Below the pieces are notes generated by a model. That model was given only the letters and a program-made list of their open reading frames with translations, had not been told where the DNA came from and made no database searches. A DNA stretch of 62,706 nt, filler included, from Globobulimina sp. (Eukaryota): assembly GCA_003354225.1 (NCBI GenBank). It is 46 parts of 46 records of this genome, joined end to end, with 100 filler letters (N's around TTAATTAATTAA, not from the genome) between each part and the next. Parts side by side here need not be neighbours in the genome. Positions count along the whole stretch, not along the records: positions 51,892 to 53,156 come from PIVH01019835.1; positions 53,257 to 54,521 come from PIVH01019836.1; positions 54,622 to 55,886 come from PIVH01019837.1; positions 55,987 to 57,250 come from PIVH01019838.1; positions 57,351 to 58,614 come from PIVH01019839.1; positions 58,715 to 59,978 come from PIVH01019840.1; positions 60,079 to 61,342 come from PIVH01019841.1; positions 61,443 to 62,706 come from PIVH01019842.1; 38 more parts are not named here. The stretch is one strand, 5' to 3'. This document shows, one piece after another, positions 51,892-62,706 of the stretch. The translations under genes and the position numbers were made by a program. Every line of letters begins with the position of its first letter. Position 1 is the first letter of the stretch.

Positions 51892-52115
51892 TCGCCGCCA
51901 TAAATACCAGAATAAATACAATACGCTGCGGCGGCTTCGCCGCTATAGATACAATAAAATACGATGCGGCGGCTTCGCCGCCATAGATACCACAATAAAT
52001 AATACGAAGCTGCCATAAATACCATAATAAATAATACCATGATGCGGCTTCGCCGCCGCCATAAATACCATAATAAAATACGATCGATGCGGCGGCTTCG
52101 CCGCCATAGATACCA
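51892..52115. repeat. Minisatellite (~40-bp unit) built on the GCGGC-TTC-GCCGC hairpin
   Basis: Four intact GCGGCTTCGCCGC copies plus partial or degenerate ones, with related AT-rich linkers. Confidence 0.85.
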
Positions 52116-52119
52116 TGTG

Positions 52120-53065
52120 CGTTATATTCAACATAGAAAGATTCTAAACAGGCTCAAGCCTCGAATAAAAGTAACAGCAAAATCAATAAACATGCTCACT
52201 ACATTGGGATTTTATAGCAAACTCGAATCACACTATGCATACTCTGCGCCATCTGGCCAATTTAATAAGGAATTGGTGCAATGCACGTTAGCTACTGAGC
52301 GGTATAGTATCTATTATGATTTGGTACAGTATGACCCGAATTACCTATTCAATTTGCAAGAAATCAAATATTTCTGTATATATTTAGTGGAGGCGAAGAA
52401 TAAAATAATTAATAAATTCCGAGATCATACGGGAAAACTTAGAGATGGTAAAGACTTCCATTATTTATTATTTTTTCATACTGCATCTTTGGTTCATTTT
52501 CTACGAAAACAATTGTCACTGAAAAAAACAAAGAAATATGTACTTTTTTTTTATTCTTTTTATTATGGATATTTGCAGACATTCTGTGCTGAGGTTGTAT
52601 GCAAAATAGATACAAAATTAACTCCATTAAAAGTGCAATTGGAAGGAGCGAAGCGAATGAAAAGTGCAATTAGATTTCATATATAATATGTCCATGTCCA
52701 AAATGCATGACCAATATGAGCATCTTTCTGAATATCCATTTACTGCATATATGAAATCTAAATTACATTTTAAGCAGAAACAGTTTGAACTGGCCATTGA
52801 AGAATATGTGTTTTGTTTTGCTGAAACCTGTGAGTGTATCATCAGAGCGCTATCATTGAGGGATTTGAGTGATGTATGCTTTGAAAGTAAAAGATATTTA
52901 TTGGCTTTGAAGGCTCTTCGTCATTGTTACAAATTAAGCAATGCTTATATGCTGCCATCATTTACAAGGAAAGGATATAAAGTTCGGAAAAAGAAAATGA
53001 GCGCTGCATGGAATGCACAAATTTGTAGCCAATGCGGTCTAAAATCAAAAACTATGAAGTGTTGC
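52120..53065 (+). CDS. Helical-repeat protein ending in a truncated MYND-like finger; intron(s) or frame breaks present
   Basis: Two overlapping ORFs; ICSQCG...KCCSG start of a MYND finger. Confidence 0.4.
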
Positions 53066-53156
53066 TCTGGATCGGTTTCGGTTTTTTCGGAACGACTGCG
53101 ATCCTCACCTATGCAGTCCTGGCGCAACTGTTTCCGAAACAGCTCACCGGCCGCTG
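53065..53156 (+). other. GC-richer bacterial-type MFS transporter fragment (probable chimeric junction)
   Basis: Alternative frame LWIGFGFFGTTAILTYAVLAQLFPKQLTGR; abrupt rise in GC. Confidence 0.6.
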
Positions 53157-53265
53157 NNNNNNNNNNNNNNNNNNNNNNNNNNNNNNNNNNNNNNNNNNNN
53201 TTAATTAATTAANNNNNNNNNNNNNNNNNNNNNNNNNNNNNNNNNNNNNNNNNNNNTACTGTGAA

Positions 53266-54521
53266 ATGTCAGAACACAACAGTGAGAATGGGGATGGTGA
53301 TGGACATGATGATCGACAACAATTATTGCAACAATGTAGAGATTTGGGTATTAATCCGTCGGGAGAAGAGGCTGAATCGACAATTGATGTCGACGCTATG
53401 AGAGCAGCAAACCCATTTATGCGTAGTCGAAGACGACGAAGGACAGGACCAAATGTAAACGCTTTGGATCAAAATACAGGTAGATCAACACTTTTTGTAC
53501 ATTGGCAACCAGAATATCGTAATGGATCACCTCATCGTAGAGGAATGTTAGGAAGGACACCAAATATGTCTGTAATTGGCGCTGGCGATGTTAATCGAGA
53601 ACGTATGGCAAGTACACCGGCTGCAAACGATACAGTAGCTGCAGCATCCGCTTTTGACGAGACTAGACCTTATATGTATCCTGATCTGGCAGATTCGGAC
53701 GTTATGCATGTTGGGGACCCTTCTATGGCTTTTTTGTTAGCTAATCAGTTGGCAGCAAATCGAATGGCTACATCCGGTTTGTTGGAGCGCGAACCTACAC
53801 CTGAAATAGTTGTAAACTCGATAGTTGGTGAAAATGGTGAACCAACACAATTAAATAATGGTATTTCTAGGGATGGTTCCCCACTGGCACAACCGGCATG
53901 GACATCGTTTACGGATCATCCAAGAGGAATTACTCGACAAGTGGCACGACAGATATACGAACAGCTTACAGAACCGAGAAACCCGGAGGAATACCCTTTG
54001 GCGGATGGAAATCAGACAGATCCTGATCAGTTGTTTCCCAGAACGTATTGCCGTGCATATAATTATTGTAATATTTTAGCTGAAACAAGAACTACAGAGT
54101 TAGTTGGCCATATTAACGATCAGCAAGGAATTAATGACGCTTTGAAAGATGAAATAACACAATTGAGAATTAGAGTGACTGATGCGGAAAGTGAGAAAGA
54201 AAGACAGGTAAATATTGTTATTGAACGTGATAATACTATTGATGCTGGCATAAGACAATATACTGCATACAGAACACAAGCAATACAAAAAGCAGAGAAT
54301 TTAGAAGATCAGTTACTACAGACAGTAGAGGCACAGAGACAATTACAAGAACAAATGCGTAAGATGCAAATGCAAAGAGATACAGATACAGTGGCATTGA
54401 GCGACAATGATTATCAACGGAGATTAGACGGACATGCAATCGTCCAACTGGGAAAGGAGAGACAGAAACAAAAAGAAAGTAAAGATAGATGGAAGACGAA
54501 AGCAGGAGAGGGGGAAAGGAG
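53266..54521 (+). CDS. Hypothetical disordered + coiled-coil protein, 3' partial
   Basis: Intronless ORF of more than 415 aa, purine-rich. Confidence 0.55.
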
Positions 54522-54768
54522 NNNNNNNNNNNNNNNNNNNNNNNNNNNNNNNNNNNNNNNNNNNNTTAATTAATTAANNNNNNNNNNNNNNNNNNNNNNN
54601 NNNNNNNNNNNNNNNNNNNNNGGTTAATCACGTTCTTGATGATTTTGATGGACGTTAAACAAAACAAAGAGTAAGGTTTGGTTTTAAAATGCAAGTCTTC
54701 ATATGACAAAGAGACCTTTTGAAGATAAAATCATGTTAATAATTAATATTATAAATAAATTATATTGA

Positions 54769-55886
54769 TTATGATGTAATAAAGCCAGTAGTATCAAGAC
54801 CAGCTGCTAAATCTCTAAGAGCGAGTCTATAAAGTCCCTTTAACCATTTTCCTTTATGTTTATCAAACATCTCTTTAAAAAACTTTTTATCTTTGGATGC
54901 TGAGTGTGTTACATGATACAAAAAAGTATCTGACGACACAACAAAAGTATAATTATTAAATAATATCGATGCTTTCAAATGAAATATTTTATTATAACCA
55001 TATCCTCGAAATCTTGCATCATATCTTCTGACATTCAATCTTTTGACCAAAATATATGGTTCATAATGATTTTTATATCCAATAATATATGGACTATTTA
55101 CAGTTATCCATTTTTCATAATTAGTGGTAGAATGACAACGATAACAACTATCCAAATGAAAGCCAATCGATTGCTTATCTCTATACCACGCCACTATTTT
55201 CTTTTTAGTTAACGGCAAAGTTTTAATCAAATGAGTTGACTTATACTTATCTGATGACTCAAAAGCAGGAATAATTAAAGCTATATTTTCTTCACTATCA
55301 CTAATCGTAATTGCTGTTTCAAAATTTTGTCTGGCCAGATCTTGAAAGCCGTGACTTGGTATAAAGTCAATGTCAGATAATAATACATATTGAGTCTTGG
55401 CACATTGCAATGCCAAATTCCTTAAATGATTGATAGGATACATAGCCGCAGTTAATTCTGATTCTAATTCTGTTTCAAACAATAAATGTATATCCAATAT
55501 ACACGGAGTAGTTATCTCTATCTGTTGCTGCATCAAATATATCTTTTCTTGCGATTTAACTGAATTCGAACCAATATAAACAGCCAATGATACGACCTCA
55601 GTCCAGTTTGCACAAATAATTGGAATCAAATATAATCGATCCATTGAGGTTTGAGTAACGATAGTAATCATATCAGAATGTCTGTGTTTTTTCGATTTTA
55701 TAAAATAAGGAATAAGCGGATAATTAATAATATCATAACGCCAATCATTGAATTTATTCTTTGTGCCATAATATTTTGCTGTAATAAAATTTGGTGAATG
55801 CCATGTTGTATTGGTTACACTCGATATTTTAGCATCATCTTTATAACGAATCAGAGATCGCAAATATTCATTATCGCCATCAATAT
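54769..55886 (-). CDS. GT49 (LARGE/B4GAT1-like) glycosyltransferase, partial
   Basis: TIVTQTSMDRL, YPINHLRNLA, DIDFIPS, IPAFE, YEPY, FRGYGYNK. Confidence 0.9.
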
Positions 55887-56268
55887 NNNNNNNNNNNNNN
55901 NNNNNNNNNNNNNNNNNNNNNNNNNNNNNNTTAATTAATTAANNNNNNNNNNNNNNNNNNNNNNNNNNNNNNNNNNNNNNNNNNNNAATTTTTGTAATTA
56001 TAGTGTGCAAGGATACATAATTATAGAGCTACGTGGATTTACGCACCAGCAAATCACCAACAAAACCAATATGTTTTTGTGGCACATAAATAGCGTTTGC
56101 CGAGGGTTCGTTATGATCATGAAAAAAAGAAAAAACTTTTCAAACAGCAAGACATTTGCAGTACATATCGGAAAGCCCTAATGAGCCTTTGTAAATATTA
56201 CAGTAAATGTCATGCTAATGTTATGGGAAATGTTATGTATTTATGTATAATGTCATGCTAATGTATGT

Positions 56269-57250
56269 CTAACTATTGTTTTTGTTGCTAACTATTATCT
56301 TTAGATACTTATCGTCGTTACCTGTTTCTTCAAATATTAAATATTGTTTTTTTAATTTTTTTACAAAATTCAACTTTTCATTAACAACAATAATAGTTTC
56401 AGCATCTGCATAAAACGTAAAAATAATCATAAAATGTTCAGTTGAACATAGACTCACTGCATTAATTATACGTTTTAAATATAATCCAATATCATCCATT
56501 GAACTCTCATCACAATGTACATCATACATAATTTTGATAAAATCACGTTCCATATCGTCCGAATCACCTAATCCAATTTCACTTAATTTGATGATATTTT
56601 CAAATTGATCCAGAAACATTACCAATTGAATTACTATCAATTCGCGACATTTAGTAAATAATGAACACATTATCTTATTCCATTTTTCGGCATTCGCATC
56701 AATGTCGTTTGATGCTACATTGATAAGCACACTCTCTAATTTAACATTTATTTTAATTAAGTCATACAATGACTGTATACATGGAGAAATTGCAGTTAAT
56801 TCCTGTAAATTAAGAGCTTGTAAAGAATTAATATTTATATCTTTAGCCTCTCCATCATAAAGAAACCGAATGATTTGTTTTGAATGAGTTTCAATCAATT
56901 TATCTCTCAAACAATTTGCATTCATATCTTGGGAGTCAAAAAAAAGTAATATTTTTAATTTTGGTAATAACTCAGCAATGTCATTATCTTTAAAGTCCGT
57001 TAAATAAATTCCGTCAATACTTAAATCAGTAACATTCGGAAATTGTTTCATAAAATCACAAAATGCATCAAAATTATATAATGTATCTGCGGTACCAAAT
57101 GATTCACATTGTAATTTTTGAATTTGTGTGAAATTAATACATTTTGTATTGATAAATGCTTCGAGTTCTGAATGATTATTACTTTCCTCCATATCGATTG
57201 TTAATGATTTTATATTATGCAATACAGAAATATTTATATCATCATATCGT
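56269..57250 (-). CDS. LRR-like protein of the F-box-associated type, partial
   Basis: FPNVTDLSI, LPKLKIL, LNLQELT repeats. Confidence 0.45.
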
Positions 57251-57657
57251 NNNNNNNNNNNNNNNNNNNNNNNNNNNNNNNNNNNNNNNNNNNNTTAATT
57301 AATTAANNNNNNNNNNNNNNNNNNNNNNNNNNNNNNNNNNNNNNNNNNNNTTAAAAAAAAAAAAATACAAAATGATTTAATATGATTTAAAATTTAATAT
57401 GGAATTGTAGCTTTGTGATCATATCTAGTTTTGAGTCTGCGTATGTCAGTTTTGTTTTCTTTTATAAAGCTTGTATGTATAGCAATATGATCAAAACTAC
57501 ATATGATCCCAAAGCTATATTGAAGTAAAATATGCAGTCATATGATCATATTGGTAATATTGCAGTCATAAAGTTATGATTTTAGTGAAAAAAAACTTAA
57601 AAATAATGAAATTAGAATTGACTTACTAAATTGCTCTAAAAAAAAAAATGTTTTTGT

Positions 57658-58323
57658 TCAACAACTAAATTCATCTGAATCATTCAATACTGATATTTGT
57701 CTCCTTCGCATTCTCCTTCTCCTCTTTTCTTTTTTTTGTTTTCTATATTTTTCGTTTATTTCCTTCTCAATTTGTTTTCTCAAATTGATCATATGTACCC
57801 TCTGTTGTTCTTTAGATCGTATATCTCTTAATTTCATTTTAATTCCCCATTGCGATCGCCCTAATTTTATACCTAAACGTTTAAGATTCTCTGGTTTCAT
57901 TTGTTGTGATATTTGAGTTTCTTGGAGATATTCTTTTAATGCCATTAGATCTTCATCATCATAAGCATAACTGTTATTTTTTATTACTTTTCTCGTTTTT
58001 TGATGTTGTTTTTTTTGTGGTTCTTCAATTTCGTGTACTATTTTTTCTTCATCTTCTTGTTTAATTTGTATTTGTTGTCTAATTTGTGCAAGGAATATAT
58101 ATATATAGTGCAATGTTCAGATATATATAATACAGTCAAACCTATTATTGATATTATTGATATGTGGCATATAAATATAGATATGATCATCATCATTATC
58201 ATCATTATCATCATTATTATTGATATTATTGATATGTGGCATGCTTACATTCTTTCTTTTCTTCGGTCTCCTTAATGGCCTATTGCACTCATTATCTTTT
58301 TGTTCAAATGACATGAATGCCAT
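57658..58323 (-). CDS. Hypothetical basic protein with possible Myb/HTH-like motif; probable intron near 58080-58135
   Basis: YDDEDLMAL...LGIKLGRSQWGIKMKL. Confidence 0.35.
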
Positions 58324-58416
58324 TGACTAAAAAAAAAAAAGAAAAAACAGGAACTTAGAAACAGTAGTGTATCTGGCAAATTTTGGTATAAAGAAGGATT
58401 TTTTTAATAATTCTGG

Positions 58417-58614
58417 CATTGATTCTAGGTGTTGTTGTGATCATATTGGAATATGATCATATGACTATATTGCATTGAGTCTAGGTGTTGTTGTGATCAT
58501 ATGATATGATATGACCATGATATGATCACATGACTATATTGCATTGAGTCTAGGTGTTGTTGTGATCATATGCTATGATATGACCATGATATGATATGAT
58601 CACATGACTATATT
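58417..58614. repeat. Tandem repeat, ~60-70 bp x3 (GCATTGAGTCTAGGTGTTGTTGTGATCATATG...)
   Basis: Direct observation; related TGATCA/CATATG-rich tract at about 57410-57580. Confidence 0.85.
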
Positions 58615-58714
58615 NNNNNNNNNNNNNNNNNNNNNNNNNNNNNNNNNNNNNNNNNNNNTTAATTAATTAANNNNNNNNNNNNNNNNNNNNNNNNNNNNNN
58701 NNNNNNNNNNNNNN

Positions 58715-59574
58715 GTCTTGCATTAGTTTCAATTCACTCATATTTTTTGTTGTTATATTTTTTGCTCTTCAAGTTATTGTGGCGTTGTAGCTGTATGGTA
58801 TTGGTCAAAAAATACTGATGAAAGTCCCTCGTGGCCAGCTTTTGGCAGTGCTATGTGGTCGCAGTTTGGTTCCATATGTCTTGGCTCGATTCTTGTGGCA
58901 TTTCTAGAAGCAATTCGAAGTATGGTAAAGGCATTGATGTCAGATAAATGTGCATGTATCAAATGCTGTGTCCTCTGTTGCTTAAATTGTATTGAATGGG
59001 CCATCGCTTATTTTAATAAGTATGCATATGCTCATTGCAGGTAAGTAGAATATATCCACTTTGAGCATAAATAAAATGCTCTGATTACAGTATATACGGT
59101 ACCGGTTTCGTTGAATCTGCAGCAACGACATGGAAATTGTTTGCTGATCGAGGTATTATGGCACTGATCAATGATGATTTAACTGGTTCTGCTTTGTTTT
59201 GTGGCTCTTTGATGGCAGCCGTAATAACATCAGCGATCGGCTATGGTATAGGATGGATATTTTATAATGAAGACCCAGATAAAAATGTAAGTCAAGGTAT
59301 GCCAGCTGGGTTAGCTTGTTATGGTGCAGTGGTTGGCTTGATATTATGCATTTGTGTGTTAACTGTTGTAAAATCCGGCATTGTAGCAATTTTTACATGT
59401 TTTGCAGAGGATCCTGCTGCAATGAAAAATAATCATCCACAAGAATTTAATACATTGGCTAGTTCGCATCCAAATTTTCAAAATTTAGCAGAAGATGTAC
59501 CTGATAACGAGTATGGGAATGTGTCTGCTCCAATTAAAACAACAAATGATGCAAGTCTTAATGTAGAAGTGTAA
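58715..59574 (+). CDS. Choline transporter-like (CTL/SLC44/PNS1) protein, 5' partial; intron 59041-59090
   Basis: FGSICLGSILVA, YFNKYAY..C-IYGTGFVESA, LINDDL, CFAEDP. Confidence 0.92.
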
Positions 59575-60078
59575 ATTGTTATAAAATCCATTGACTGTAA
59601 TTCTTACTTAACCGATATTTACTTACTTAATTTTAAGTTTTTCTTCAAAGTAAAACATTGCAACAAAACTCGGATGGTTCTCAAACATCTTCTGTATCAA
59701 AGTGATATATCAAATTACGTTGCGGCATGACGTGATTTTTGTTGCGTTGGTTGTTATTATGAGCCAATGAATTATGTATATATTTGCGCTATAAAATGCT
59801 AAACACAAACAACTTAGATCAATGGCAAAAATTCCATCCTTCAAATTCCAATGCAATTTGTCAATTAAAAGAAATTCTAGATTCATTTCGGCAAAACCTA
59901 CTCAATATCGCTTTTATTTCAAATGAATCGAATCTAATCAATATCTACAAAAATCATGAAATATATACAAAAATCAAANNNNNNNNNNNNNNNNNNNNNN
60001 NNNNNNNNNNNNNNNNNNNNNNTTAATTAATTAANNNNNNNNNNNNNNNNNNNNNNNNNNNNNNNNNNNNNNNNNNNN

Positions 60079-60574
60079 AGTACAATTGTGCCAATAGTAC
60101 ATGTAATAAATTATTGATATTGATGGAGAGGATGTTTTTGGAATAGGCACGATAGTGCTTAGTATATGCAATGATCTGATTTAATTAGAATGGGAGACGA
60201 GAGTCAGATTCTTCAGCATATTGTTTGCGAAGATCTTTCTTAAAGCGGGAGTAATCGCCATTGGATCGATAAGAGGGAGGATAACCTTTTAATTCACAGA
60301 TCCAAGACAGAGTGGACTGCCACGTACAGAGCGATTTAATATTGCCTGCTTGCAAAGTTCGCTCGGAAATCCAATACATAGCGACTAATGGATCAAGGGG
60401 CATATGGAAAGGATCCTCATCCATCAATATGCAATATGTAGCAAAATGTCGTAAACTTGAGACATAGTGCTCCTTTGTAGATAATTCTTTGTTTGATAAA
60501 ATTACTTTGTTGATATGTTTGGCATTTCGTGCGTCTTTCTTGGCCATACGATTATTATTTAAACGTTGACACAT
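60079..60574 (-). pseudogene. Tyrosine recombinase N-terminal region of a DIRS-like element, with in-frame TAA at 60185-60187
   Basis: STKEHYVSSLRHFATYC...P core-binding pattern; frame continues past the stop (RLPF*LNQIIAY...LLAQLY). Confidence 0.6.
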
Positions 60575-60979
60575 ATAATCTGAATATGTACAAAAATTGT
60601 ATACAAAATTTTAAAAACACTTTGTAAAGAAAGTGCAATCAGTATTACCTCGATTTAAGCAAAATTTAAAGGAGAGTTAAAGAAAGGGAGAAGACAAACA
60701 ATTTTTACTTGTCCCAAATTATGCATACAAAAAAGAGAAAGGAACTGATTTTGAAGTTTATTGACGGCCCATCTTTTCTGGAAATTATACAGATTGAAGA
60801 CAAGTTTCAGTCAATTTAGATACTACAATAAAAGTAGTACAAGACAATAAATTGGAAACAACAGTTTGTAAAATAAACTCAGAAAAGAGTCAAGTTTTTG
60901 AGTAAGTTGTTGGGTAATGTAGGAGGGAAAGGGTAGGAAGCGGTTGCAGTTGGATTGACTGTAAATTGGTGGAAGCAGA

Positions 60980-61342
60980 TTAATAATTCATATAAAACGG
61001 ATATGGTGATCGCTGACGTTGACATTTTGGTAATTTTAACCAGTTAATAAACTGTTTATATTCAACCATATCACGTTGACGGAATTTATTTTTTGATTCC
61101 ATAAATATAAAATTTGAAAAATAAACAGGCGAAATCTCAGAGAGATTGACATTAAATTTATTAGATAACCGATGAAAAGCATCCATCTCAAATCTAGATA
61201 ATAAGTCCGCAAACTCATTGAATTCGGATGGAATCCACTCAAAAAACATATAGATTTTATATTTGATTAATTGGAGGCAAAGCTCATAAATAAACATCAT
61301 TACTGAGTAACGACCGGACCATTTCCTGGTCATCGCATAGAA
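60980..61342 (-). mobile_element. RNase H C-terminus of a DIRS-type retrotransposon
   Basis: FEWIPSEFNEFADLLSR matches the h-h-P-x-x-x-N-x-x-AD-x-LSR pattern; lies upstream of a YR-like ORF on the same strand. Confidence 0.7.
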
Positions 61343-61442
61343 NNNNNNNNNNNNNNNNNNNNNNNNNNNNNNNNNNNNNNNNNNNNTTAATTAATTAANN
61401 NNNNNNNNNNNNNNNNNNNNNNNNNNNNNNNNNNNNNNNNNN

Positions 61443-62706
61443 AATTGTGTTTTTGGATTTTCAACGCTGGTTATGTACTGAACGAAGTTCAGCAGCTAAT
61501 CTCGGTTGGACTTAATAAATATTTATCAGAGTCCTCCAATTATTTTGATATGATAATAAGCGGCGTATTTGTATCGGCATTAAGTATTCGGATTTTTGCA
61601 TTGGTTAAAGGTATCTAACAACAGTTGTGTGTACAGTATAATATATATTTGAAAAGAATATTAAAACACAAAAAGGTGAGCCGAATTGCGGCGACTTAAA
61701 CAATGATTGCTGGAAAGATGAAAAATTAAACACTGCATTTGTTATTTTGTGGGGTATCGCTACAATCACTTTGTGGCTTCGTCTAATTACTTTTTGCGTT
61801 TTATCGCATAGATTGGGACCGATGGTCCAAATGATATTCAAAATGCTCGAAGACGTTAAGTGCTTCCTCGGTATCCCGAATAACTTAGCAGTTGTTATGT
61901 ATGCTATTTTGTTTCATGTAACAGATACTGACGTTCTTTGAAATTATGTTGATACTATTCCTTGGCTTCAGCTTTGCGTTGATGTTTGTTATGGGCGGCG
62001 TTCATGAAGGTTTGTGTTGTATTGTTGCTATAAAAGAGATGAATAACTCATCAGTTATAAACATTGCATATTTAGATTTTGATACACCTGTCAATGCAGC
62101 ATTAACTTTGTATGTATAATGTATTATAATCATCTGCATATTTATCAAATTAATAATTATAACGTGAATGTTCCGTGATAGATTCACTGCAATTCTCGGA
62201 GATTTTGACTTTGGTGCATTTAGCGACGGGGAAGGCTCAAATAATACGCTCGTTTACTTCGGCTATGCCGTGATGTTTTTATACATAGTCATTGGTTCTT
62301 TAGTATTACTAAATTTGCTCATTGGTATGTGCCATGTTGTGGATGCAACAAAAATGAAACATATTAATTATTAAATGAAACAAAAATATTAAAAAGCTAT
62401 GATGGCCGTTAAGTGTTTTTTGTGCCTGTTTGACTGTGATATTTATTGTTTAATTTGTGCCATTTAACAGACGACATATCAGCATATTGACGAAAACGCG
62501 ACTTCAGCCATAATATTTGCCAGATTTGAATTAGCACTCAATTTGGACGCAGATGCTAGTTTTATGCCTGTTAAGTCTTTATATATTTTAGTATCTGCCT
62601 CATATATAATATTAAAACACATTATTTTGTAGCCGCCATTGAATGTGTTTGCTATGGTGTTGTTGTTGTTATTTTATATGATAGAAAAGCCAATAAATCT
62701 CGTGAC
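61443..62706 (+). CDS. TRP-like cation channel, partial; introns 61611-61675, 61855-61924, 62010-62075, 62110-62181, 62325-62396, 62408-62470, 62570-62632
   Basis: Manual splicing gives NYFD, LGPMVQMIFKMLEDILTFF, LFTAILGDFD, VLLNLLIAMMATTY..I, FARFE, MPPPLN. Confidence 0.88.

Noticed and set aside
51892..52115. CRISPR array
   Set aside because: The linkers are related to each other rather than unique, the repeat is short and irregular, no cas genes are present, and the context is eukaryotic
60185..60187. Stop-codon reassignment (TAA read as sense), also suggested by a TAA at 1456
   Set aside because: Conserved genes end at TAA (V-ATPase D, Rh, thioesterase) or TGA (actin, AN1) and show no internal stops
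1..62706. Operon or defence-island interpretation of neighbouring genes
   Set aside because: Adjacent contigs are ordered by length, not by genomic position

Overview
This is not one locus. It is 46 unrelated short contigs (about 1264-1267 bp, sorted by length) joined by an artificial 100-bp spacer (44 N + TTAATTAATTAA + 44 N), so gene neighbourhood across spacers means nothing. The DNA is from an AT-rich eukaryote with short GT-AG introns (about 50-90 nt) and the standard genetic code. Recognisable genes include a divergent actin, V-ATPase D, Aquarius, an Rh transporter, a TRP-like channel, a CTL transporter, a kinase, RGS, 7TM, MATH and A20/AN1 proteins. The gene repertoire and style suggest a rhizarian protist such as a foraminifer (inference). 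Several contigs switch source abruptly, including to bacterial-type sequence, which suggests whole-genome-amplification chimeras. The most notable items are: an IS6 remnant followed by a group II intron RT N-terminus joined in frame to a host-like ORF; a USP + Ulp1 dual-protease ORF; a foldback/MITE element whose end reads as a splice donor; recurrent GTTAAG splice donors; a DIRS-type retrotransposon; an actin with altered ATPase residues; and GCGAAGC mini-hairpin repeats. No CRISPR array, rRNA or tRNA was found. All family calls come from motif recognition by eye, without database searches.
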